64,000 nt of DNA, from contig CM082584.2 of assembly GCA_040954595.2 (NCBI GenBank), forward strand, positions 7,025,919 to 7,089,918, given 5' to 3'. Positions 54,801 through 64,000 of the stretch are shown here, one piece after another (positions within the stretch are counted from its first letter, which is position 1; every line of letters begins with the position of its first letter). Source of the stretch: Balanoglossus misakiensis. Its lineage: Eukaryota; Animalia; Hemichordata. Both the position numbers and the translations under genes were made by a program. The notes under the pieces were generated by a model. It saw nothing but the letters and a program-made list of their open reading frames with translations. It did no database searches and had not been told where the DNA came from.

Positions 54801-57800
54801 TTAGTGAGAAAACCACCATCAGCCCCTGCTGAGCCAATCAAGTATTGCGGTGGAAACTATACTGCGAAGTCAGACAGCCTCCTTGTCATCACATCTCCCA
54901 ATTATCCAGATAACTATGACAACAACAGGGTAAGTCACATGTTCATTAAAACTTTTCCAGCAAAAAAAAACAAAGATTGCAAAAATAACATCATGCAGAT
55001 AAGTCCAGGTTGGGTTTCTCTGTCATGTCCACAGAACATCACGAAAACACTAAATCACGTGCATATACCCAAAACTGGTGCCGGGGATAAGGTCCATCCA
55101 CAGTAAAGCAACTGATAAAGTTCAGCTAACATGTGCAGTGGGGAAGGGTTGAAACTGTAGTATATGATCTAAATCGTGCAGTTATGCAATTTCCAATGCT
55201 GTGTGAATGGATTAGTCAAATCTAGACATGGCAACAGCCAGACAAAGTCCAGCAAATATGCATAGAGCGTGGGGATTGTTGAAACTGTAGCACGCGACCT
55301 AAATTTAAATAATTTTGCCTTTCCACAGGTGTGTGAATGGTTGGTCAAATCCAGAGATGGCAACAACCTCCTGGTGTACTTGAGAGACTTGAGAACAGAA
55401 TTCCTGTTCGATTGGCTGGACATCGGAGAGGGTGCGGACCCGGATGACCTCAGCAGCAGAGAGCACCACATGTCGGGATACTTCCGGCTGTGGGAATACT
55501 GGGAATCAGGAACGGACGAAATCTGGATACGCTTCACTACAGACTACACCAACAGCTGGAAAGGATTTATGCTGGAAATAGTTGAAAACATCAGAGGTGA
55601 AGGAAATTTTGAATGGTTTTATAATTCACACCTGACCAGTATGTTAGGTTTACAGTCAATATCAAAGAACTCCACATGAAATGAATACTGACAATGCGTT
55701 TATCTTTCAACAAATTTTTTAGAAATTTGATTTGCAAAGTACATGTATAAGGTCAAAATTGTAACAGTTATATTGTAAAATTTGTCTTAATTAATATTAA
55801 TTAATTAATATTTCAGTTATATCATGCTACCTCCCTTAAAAGTCTATGTATACAGAATGACTATATTGGCTCAGATCCCTGAAAAATGTCATATTTACAT
55901 CATGGAAGTTAGAAAATTTTGTTTCCATGTCGACGTAATCATGGTTTATCCTTTATTTCAGATCCTGCGCCCACGGAGAAACCCCTGCCTATTGACCCAC
56001 CAGCGACAACACCAGAGTGTGGCGGGAACATCAGTCTGTCACAAGGTGAATCCAGAGATGTATCGTCACCGAACTATCCCAGCAACTACAACAACGACCA
56101 GGAATGCCTGTGGCTGATTCAGACCATTCCCACCCACAGGATTGAGATCACCTTCACGGACGTCGCAACGGAGCAGTACTACGACTGGCTGGACATCGGC
56201 CACGGCCTGGACCAGAGTGACCTCACGACCTCCGAGCTGCACCTCTCGGGAAGCCCCAGCCCGGATGCGTTCGAGTCCATCACAAACGAGGCTTGGATGC
56301 TCTTCACGTCCGATTACTCCGTCACAGAGAGGGGCTTTTCCGTGGTTGTCAAGGACATCGGCCCACCACGTGAGTGAATCTTTTGAAAAGAGTGTGTGAA
56401 TGAATGCATGTTTTATTGCCATATAATATGTAACATACCAATATCATGTGTGAGTATGTCATTAATATGTGCACATGATGATAACTGCTTAACAGCCTCC
56501 AGTTATATATGATTGACATTGACAGAATGAGCAGACTACCATCACTTATAGTTCACATACATTTTTTTTCTGCTTTATACTGAGCCTTAAAAAGCTTACA
56601 TACAGATCTAAACAGAAACATTGTAACAATTTCATGTTTGTGTATTCGTCTTTGATTTTTACAGCTTGTGGAGAAGCCCTAACCATCAGTGACCCTTACG
56701 GATCAGTCGTGACCACATCGCCTAACTATCCATCCAACTACCAAAACGGAGCGATATGTAAATGGTCAGTCACTGGACCCGCCAATCAGTACATCCTGAT
56801 GGTGATCAACGACTTTGAAACAGAACAGAGCTTTGATTGGCTGGAGATCGGAGAAGGTGCCGATGAGGTGGACTTCTCGACGACGCTCTACAGACTGTCG
56901 GGGTCAAGGGTCGCCGGATCATTCGCAACAGAGAATAATGAACTGTGGGCGGTCTTCACTAGTGACAACTCCATCCCAGCCAAAGGATTCAATATTACCT
57001 TCTTCGCAGGTCAGAAACCTCCCATGTCACTTTATCAAATCATGTCCTTGCATCTTAATAACTGTAGACAGTGTCATCAACTGATATGCTTCAAATTATA
57101 ATTTGAATATAAAACTATCAAAAAGTATAACTTTAAATATGTAAAATATAATTTCGTTACAGTATGTTGTTTGAATCAAAATTACCATTTCATCACGTTT
57201 TGCATTCTATCAAAAGAATGGTACATTTTCATGCGTCTGTTGATGTTTAATATAACAAGGCACAGGCTGTCTAATGAAACAGTATCCTTTGTCTTATATT
57301 TACAGTTGATCCATGTGGTGACACGTACAACACGGCAACAGGAAGCATCTCCTCTCCGTTTTATCCGGACTTTCCCTATCCACACGGCAGTAGTTGCATC
57401 TGGATCATTGACGTGACAGGCATAATGGAAACTTCCCGTCTCCGGATGACGTTCACCGACTTCGACTTGGAGGAGGGCTATGATGTGCTGTTGATTGGCG
57501 ATGGAGTTGACCCAACTCAGGCAGCTTCTGTGGTAAGGATTAAAGGAATACAGTCCCTTCTAATTTAAATATGTCCATATATAGTCAAAAGGGCATGTCT
57601 AAGTTTTCAAATGACCATATAGAAGCACACTATTTTGCATAGCCACCAACTGAAAATCTGTGTTTATTGCATACATTTATTGTATACAGGAACTAACAGG
57701 ATCAACACTGCCAAAAGAGATCATCACTGCCAGTACACAAGCCTGGTTGCAATTTACGTCTGACAACTCTGTCTATGGTGCTGGATTTCACCTGACCTAC

Positions 57801-60800
57801 GCAGTCTTCAATGAGAGTAAGTCATCATGTAGACATTTGGCATATGCACTTGTACATGTATTTTTTTTTTTGCACCAAAAGGAAAAGCAGCAAACTGTGT
57901 CTTAAAAGCTTACATGTTCATTTGTAGAATTTCCTTCATTGTTATGAAATGCACCTGTTTTGTGTGCTTGTGTGATGAAGTTAAATTCTAACGATATCTC
58001 CTCATTTGACAGCTGTGCCTGATTCCAAACCCTGCGGAGGTACATACAGCATCAAACCAGGTCGCACGTTAGTGATAGAGTCGCCCAACTATCCAAACAA
58101 CTACGCCAACCACGAACGCTGTCTGTGGAATCTGACCACGGAATCAGGACTAGCCATGACCGCAGTCTTCCAGGACTTTGAGACGGAAGAGGGAATGGAC
58201 TGGGTGGACATAGGGAACGGGCTTCACAATTCCGATCTCAGCACCCGCGTCCGACATGAATCCGGTACCGCACTGCCAAGTCCGTTCTATTCGGATTACG
58301 ATGAGATGTGGGTCACGTTCTACACGGATTACACCATTGTCATGCGTGGATTTGTACTGGCGATCTCAGAGAGAAATGATAGTAAGTTTATAATTGTGAT
58401 CTGTAAATCAGAGAAAATAGTCTGATATGCTGCCGTTGTTTTAATTTGTCCTAAGGATAATATATGAACAGCAATGGTGCAGCTATAATAAACATATCAG
58501 TGCAGCATATACATGTATTTTTGTAGCGTATTATTGAAAAAGAAATGTTTTTATAATTTGTATCAGAATGGTGAGTGACTGCACACCAGATGTTACTCAG
58601 AGCAACAATCTGAGATTAGAGTTTGTAACAAACTTCTCAGATGTCCAATTAGTGATAATTTATTGTACATCAGTTCTCGACATTAATAAATTAATACTTT
58701 CCTTCACTCTTCAGCTGAACCAAGTGAACCAAAACCGACACCAACAGCCACAACAACTCCAGTAGTGTGCGGCAATCATGAAGACATAGACCCAGGCTCG
58801 ACAGTGGACGTCAAGTCACCAAATTTCCCGGACAACTACAACAACAACGACTACTGCGAATGGACTGCCACCTCAACATCTGGCAAGAGAATTAGAGTGA
58901 CCTACGTGGACTTTGAAACAGAACCAAGGTGAATTGAGGCAATACTGGTTTGCTAGCGTTGCAAATTTGTCATTTCTGAGAACTTGTAAAATTGTGTATA
59001 TTGAGAATTTGTGTAATCCTGCGAAAGTGCAGACCCCCATATACATGCATATCATCTCATTCATACATACATACATACATACATACATACATACATACAT
59101 ACATACATACATACATACATACATACATACATACATACATACATACATACATACATACATACATACATACATACATACACATACATACATACATACATAC
59201 ATACATACATACATACATGCATGCATGCATGCATACATACATACATACATACATACATACATACATACATACATACATACATACATACATACATACATAC
59301 ATACATACATACATACATACAGCTATCACATGACATATTTCACTTTTTTTCCATTAGAACCCTGCAGTAGTGTCTGTACCACATGTTATTCCAGAGTAGG
59401 CGTATTGAATAATACTCATATACAAATATATGTACTTAACCCTTTTTTAGATATGATTACTTGGAGATTGGTAGAGGACATGACAACTCCGACATAACCA
59501 CATTGGTGAGACATAATTATGGAACAGACTTGCCGGATCCATTCACCACAGATACTGATCAAATATGGCTGAAATTTGTCAGCGACAACACCTTTACGTA
59601 CCCCGGATTCCATGTGGAGTTGACAGACAATGGTATGTAAAAGTAAAATGTTAATGGCCAATGAACATTCAGTGTGTGGGCAGATTTGGATTAGTTTGAA
59701 AAAGACGTATCCTCGAAAGGCTCATAGAATTGATCTGAACCTTATAGATCTGTTGGGAATTCTTTTGAAGAAGTTCTAGTGTTTAGCATATTAGCTGATA
59801 GTAGAGTTGATGGTAAAAAGGTTTTTATAGTATGACTTTCTTGCATATAATAAATAGTGAGATTCAATCAAAGTGAAACTATAGAGAGAGAGAAAAAGAG
59901 AGAGACAGAGAGAGAGATTAATGCAATCTTTTTCTCCAATATTCTTAATTTCAGAGTGTGTTAACAATCTTGTCATTCCTGATGGAGGCAATGTGACTGT
60001 TACCTCACCTGGTTATGATCAGGACTATGACAACAACTATTTCTGTGAGTGGATTATTGAAGCACAGCAAGGCAGAGCCATCCGCATTGAGGTGGTTGAT
60101 TTCTTCACAGGTATAGTGTAAAGTTTATTTCTCTGGTTATTGGTTTTTAAAATATACCTACAGGAGTATATTACGAAAACACATCTTTCTGATAATACAA
60201 TGACAATTTATTTTCATGAAAACCATCTGAAAGTATTCATATTTTATTTTTTGTATAGCTTTTGTGAAATTATTTCCCTTTTTAATTGGAATCACTGACA
60301 TAAAAGCTTATGATAACTTGGGCCAAACTTTATCATAATGATATTCACTTTGTTTTTATCTGTGCGTGTTTACCAATTTCTGAGGATTATTTTGTCCGTA
60401 TTTTTTATTTTCACAGAGGAACTGCATGATTGGGTTGACTTTGGCTTGGGAACTGACTCTGTAGATTCTACCAGTCGCATTGCTCACATATCTGGTGAGA
60501 GGTCTGCAGCCATGTATCTGACAAACAGTTCATCACTGTGGATGACATTCCAGACTGATGCATCTAACGTTGAAAGGGGATTTGTCTTTGTCTTCTACGA
60601 CGGTAAGTAATCTCAGGATATTGTTTTGTCGCTAAAATATGTTAGAAATAAGCTTTTTATCATGTGTAGTGAAATACTTTATAGCAGACCAGCCTATCTA
60701 TAGCCCTCAGTCAAGGGACTTCCAAACCTGGCCTTTATGGACAGGTGGACTTTATAGGCAGGTCAATTAATGTACATGTACCAGGTAAATTGCACAGGGA

Positions 60801-63800
60801 CTGTAACACATTGGCCACTATTGACATGTTTTCTCCATGTAGAGATGGCCACTAACACAGGTTTGACTGTATTAATGACTTTTTCCTTGGGTGTTTAACT
60901 TCAGTAGTTCACTGTTAACAATTTGTACCTTCTTCCTCTCTGAATACAGATGGTTGTGTAACTGAAACATACACAGACACAGGTGGCGATATCCTCTCTC
61001 CTCTCCATCCTGACAACTATCCCAACAATGCAGACTGCGTGTCCCTGCTGCAGATGCCAGATGGCAGAGGTGTCAAACTGACCTTCAATCGCTTCAGCCT
61101 AGAGACCGGGCATGATTTCTTGCTCATTGGCATAGGCACTGATCCAGATTCTACTCCAACATATGTGAGTATAAGAGTTTATTTCACATTTATTGGCAAC
61201 AGGATCCAACATTGTTTCATTCTCAGGTTAGTGTAAATGTACCATCCCCTCATAAAAAGGAATCTGGTATTTTCGCTGTGTCTAAGAAAGTTTGTTAGAA
61301 TTTTGATATAATGTCCAAAAGACTATTTTGTTGTGGTTTGTAAACATATATTTTCAATTATTATTCCAGACTTACACGGGTTCTGAGCTGCCTGAAGAAC
61401 ATATCTTCTATGAGAGTGAGATTTGGCTGAGATTCACCAGTGACAGGAGTGGTGTTGATATAGGTTTTAACATCACCTACACAGCCATCTGTAAGTTTAA
61501 TTATGCATGAAATACATGTGATGTTTATTTTGTCTTGTTTAACAATATTTTGCTGTCTTTATAGATTATCAAAGGAAGGCTGAACTCAGCATGTGACCAG
61601 GTCTAAATTTTGTGAATTCTATAAACACACACACACATATGCAAAGAGTAGGATGTACAAGCAACTGTTTAGTGTAAGTTGGAAGGGTTTCATTGCTTTT
61701 GTACACTTCTGCACACAGGTCCCCAAGGCTATGAATACCACATTGTTGATGGCAAAGAGTTGTGTTACAAGTTTGTTACTGATCCGCAGCCGTGGTATGG
61801 AGGCAGAGAGGATTGTCTGGCAACCATCGATGGAGAGTTAGTGATCATTGATAGCCAGGTAGAATTGGATTTCATCAGTGGAAAGATGGGGGATGTTCCA
61901 TATTGGATAGGTATGTTAACATACAAGTTTCTGAGTAACAGTAGGTGGCAGTACTGTAACAGTTGTTTATCGTCAATTTTTAAGGTATATGGCAAATTTA
62001 GCCAGTTACCATGGAAATTGAGTGCTGGCCAACAGTTCAGCAGTGTTACATGTCAATGAAACATTTGAGGATTTTTTGTGTATGTAGATACTTAGTACAT
62101 GTACTTTCTTCTGAACACTGAGCTCGCGAGAAAACCTCATGAAAACTTCATTTATACAGTCTGTGTCAGTGGTACATTTGCATAGTTCTGTCCAAACGTA
62201 CTGAACATGTTTCTCTTTATGTCTTTCAAAAATCCTTCATTTTTACTGAGAAATTCCTGCATGCAATTTACTCCTTGTTTGCCATGTTTTCAGGATATAC
62301 TGATTTATCAGTGGAGGGTAGATGGAGATGGGTGAACTGTAGAGATTCCTCAGAATGGGATCTGGGCAACTGGGAACCAGGGCAGCCATCAAATGGAACT
62401 GATGAAGACTGTGCTATCGCAAACACTAATATGAAGTGGGAAGACAGAAACTGCAATAATGAGTTGCCTTATGTTTGTAAGATCCACTTCAAAGGTAAGT
62501 CCATTGAAATTTGAAATATTGACTTGATAAGTAGGACTAGTGTTGCCTAACATCAAATATATGCATATTGCTTCTCTTTGAACATATACTCAGTGTGTTT
62601 TTCTACAATTTTCTACAAATATATTTTTTCAACAATTTCAGACTTTGACTGGGAAGATATCAATGTCCAGGCTGTGTATGCAGATGGCATCTCACCATAT
62701 GCAGTCCATGTCACCTGGGATGTGTCCGAGTACAACTGTGATGTGGTTGGCTATCAAGTCAGATACAGACGAGATGATTGGCTGGGAGGTTATTCCTATG
62801 TGTATGTGGTGGGTGGTGACAGGGATGAAGTAACTCTGATAGACTTGGAAAGTTCCACCACTTATGTGGTGTATGTGGCTGCAGATACAACCAGGCAACT
62901 ATTGGCCTACGTCGGACCAGCCTATGCACAGACCCATGAAGGTAGGATAACTATGAAATGCATCGCTTGAAATTTCGAACTCTTCAGTTGGTATCTTATC
63001 CACATAAAAAGCTTTGATATTTGTAATTGTTTATGAAAAAACTCTAACACATTTTCTTGTACCTGTGTCTTTTGTTGATAGTTGTGAAGCTTCCAGAACC
63101 TATAGTTGAACCAGAGAAACCGTGTGGTGGAAATTATACAACAAAAGGAGGAAACATGGTTCAGATCTCTTCGCCAAATTATCCAGAAGCATATGACCAC
63201 AATTCAGTGCGTATCATTATATATTGTTTTTAAAACATGAGTTAAAACTTATGGGTCACCATGTAATTTTTAGATTTTGCAGACTACTAGATGACATAGC
63301 ATCAGTTATATGAATATCCGTGTTTTGATGTTTTGATATTAACATTTGTAGCGCAAGTTTCAAATGTGTTCCTCTATTGAACTGTACTTCCTATATCTTC
63401 TTACCAGTACTGTGAATGGTTTGTAGAAGCCTCAGCTGAAGACAAGGTGCTCATTGTACACATCCGTGACTTTTTCACCGAGCGATGGTTTGATATTCTG
63501 GACATCGGAGAAGGCAGTGAAATAGATGAATCACTGGTACATAGTATCTCTGGTTTCCTTGCACCATTTGAATACTGGACATCATCAACACATCAGCTGT
63601 GGCTGACATTTACAACTGATAGCACTTTCAGATATAGAGGATTCTATCTCGAAATTGAAGAAGTTGATCAAGGTAATGAATGCCATATTTGTTTCAGGAA
63701 ATGTTTCATCCCATATGGTGTGCAAAACACCAGCAAGACAACAGTTATTTCAGATTTTGTATAAAAATGTTCTGAGGCTCACCAATATATACAATCCTCT

Positions 63801-64000
63801 TTATGGTCATCCACCATCTTCTGTACATGTATTTAGCACATTCCATCCCTTCTACAGAAACAGCAGTACCAACACCAAAACCATTACCAACAGAAGATCC
63901 ACCAGAAGCCAGACCGTGCGGTGAGAACTACACAATACCAGCCAATGGCTATCTGAATCTGACATCACCAAACTATCCTGACGACTATGAGAATGATCTC
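25384..64000 (+). CDS. Giant secreted/cell-surface CUB / C-type lectin / fibronectin type III mosaic protein (cubilin-like by domain content but not a cubilin architecture); 3' end outside window
   Basis: 56 GT-AG exons join in one open frame (12,585 coding nt by my exon sum). Exon 1 (25384-25459) plus exon 2 give the signal peptide MRKRRRSCTDAAAAAFALLLVVCSEVSA-QC. The rest comprises 26 complete CUB domains plus one partial (SPNYP..Y...C.W, FxTE..YD.L, FxSD....GF), 4 C-type lectin domains (WIG, WxDC) and 4 FN3 domains. Confidence 0.95.
27657..27746. repeat. (TCTG)n microsatellite
   Basis: Perfect tetranucleotide array in intron 1 of the CUB gene. Confidence 0.97.
33655..33775. repeat. Compound (TG)n-(TTTG)n-(TG)n microsatellite
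   Basis: Seen directly, about 90 nt upstream of the exon 2 acceptor. Confidence 0.97.
33866..34240 (+). CDS. Exon 2 of giant CUB gene: N-terminal CUB domain (CUB0)
   Basis: QCNFTYTAPAGTFTSPNYPDDY...CAYIF...FETEYKLDEL...WFHFTSDHDIQHQGFHITY; phase 1-1 exon. Confidence 0.93.
34295..34409. repeat. Compound (GGT)n-(GAC)n-(GAT)n trinucleotide microsatellite
   Basis: Seen directly; intronic. Confidence 0.95.
34561..43447 (+). CDS. Giant CUB gene, super-repeat unit 1 (CTL-FN3-8xCUB; 16 exons, 1209 codons)
   Basis: CTL 34561-34755, 34936-35133; FN3 35548-35847; CUBa 36174-36298, 36617-36887; b 37118-37519; c 38291-38644; d 38998-39215, 39500-39626; e 39977-40345; f 40820-41036, 41452-41636; g 41840-41968, 42285-42473; h 42919-43142, 43324-43447. 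Confidence 0.92.
36018..36110. repeat. (GAAA)n microsatellite
   Basis: Seen directly; intronic. Confidence 0.97.
38017..38037. repeat. poly-C (21 nt)
   Basis: Homopolymer seen directly; intronic. Confidence 0.9.
39645..39790. mobile_element. Tc1/mariner(pogo)-type MITE remnant, copy 1
   Basis: Starts cagtcgaacctgtc; the internal cagtcaagggact...acaggtggcctttata...agggactgtaaca is shared with 60685-60871. Confidence 0.65.
43905..52965 (+). CDS. Giant CUB gene, super-repeat unit 2 (CTL-FN3-8xCUB; 16 exons, 1220 codons)
   Basis: CTL 43905-44090, 44452-44652; FN3 45193-45492; a 45865-45986, 46321-46588; b 46880-47290; c 47564-47920; d 48344-48558, 49019-49145; e 49513-49887; f 50334-50574, 50909-51087; g 51464-51619, 51837-52022; h 52435-52649, 52845-52965. 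Confidence 0.92.
44201..44294. mobile_element. ~90-bp piggyBac-like MITE, copy 1
   Basis: TTAA-CCCTTTCACC...GGTAAAAGCG-TTAA: TTAA flanks and CCCTTT-type inverted termini; homologous to 52661-52753. Confidence 0.7.
48601..48872. repeat. Long imperfect (GAT)n microsatellite
   Basis: About 270 bp of GAT with GGT/AAT variants inside the CUB2d intron; source of spurious poly-M/poly-D/poly-S ORFs. Confidence 0.97.
52661..52753. mobile_element. ~90-bp piggyBac-like MITE, copy 2
   Basis: ataa-CCCTTTC...ccatggtttggtccaaa...tttctgtgg...GGTGAAAAGG-TTAA; collinear with 44201-44294. Confidence 0.7.
53201..61490 (+). CDS. Giant CUB gene, super-repeat unit 3 (CTL-FN3-8xCUB; 16 exons, 1207 codons)
   Basis: CTL 53201-53386, 53843-54034; FN3 54216-54515; a 54805-54929, 55329-55596; b 55962-56369; c 56665-57009; d 57306-57532, 57690-57816; e 58013-58381; f 58715-58928, 59451-59632; g 59955-60110, 60417-60602; h 60950-61164, 61370-61490. 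Confidence 0.92.
59062..59321. repeat. (ATAC)n microsatellite
   Basis: About 260-bp array with a short (ATGC) interruption; intronic. Confidence 0.97.
60685..60871. mobile_element. Tc1/mariner(pogo)-type MITE remnant, copy 2
   Basis: Ends acaggtttgactg-TA, the inverted complement of the cagtc(g/a)aacctgt start of copy 1; TA target site. Confidence 0.7.
61719..64000 (+). CDS. Giant CUB gene, super-repeat unit 4 (partial: CTL-FN3-CUBa-start of CUBb)
   Basis: CTL 61719-61910, 62294-62494; FN3 62642-62941; a 63082-63206, 63408-63672; b 63858 to beyond 64000 (frame open at window edge). Confidence 0.92.

Noticed and set aside
58873-59497. MYVC/YIHT repeat ORFs (similar artefacts at 27566, 33537-33842, 34121-34461, 35922-36231)
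   Set aside because: Microsatellite translations.
25384-64000. Naming the giant gene cubilin (CUBN) or CSMD
   Set aside because: No N-terminal coiled-coil/EGF region and no Sushi domains; CTL and FN3 domains are interspersed.
1-64000. CRISPR arrays, rRNA/tRNA genes, operons, autonomous transposase or reverse transcriptase ORFs
   Set aside because: None seen; the sequence is spliceosomal-intron eukaryotic DNA and its repeats are microsatellites or short MITEs.

Overview
Eukaryotic, intron-rich genomic DNA of roughly 40% GC with GT-AG introns, microsatellites and short transposon relics. It is most consistent with a marine invertebrate, possibly a deuterostome (inference only). I reconstructed four protein-coding genes by hand from splice sites and reading frames. 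(1) and (2) are paralogous two-exon genes on the minus strand (4782-5577 and 15411-18081) encoding small secreted 8-Cys peptides; the ORF track reads the first in the wrong frame and misses the signal exon of the second. (3) Between them, also on the minus strand, is an extended-SDR NAD(P)-dependent epimerase/reductase of the DFR/CCR-like type (7 coding exons, 8522-11746; first exon unresolved). (4) A giant plus-strand secreted/surface mosaic protein starts at 25384 and runs off the window end. It has 56 exons in the window (about 4,195 codons) and the architecture signal peptide - CUB - [C-type lectin - FN3 - 8xCUB] x3 - C-type lectin - FN3 - CUB - CUB... Each ~1,210-aa unit is encoded by the same 16-exon pattern, and the 8-CUB block is itself a duplicated 4-CUB block. 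No prokaryotic features, RNA genes or CRISPR arrays were seen.
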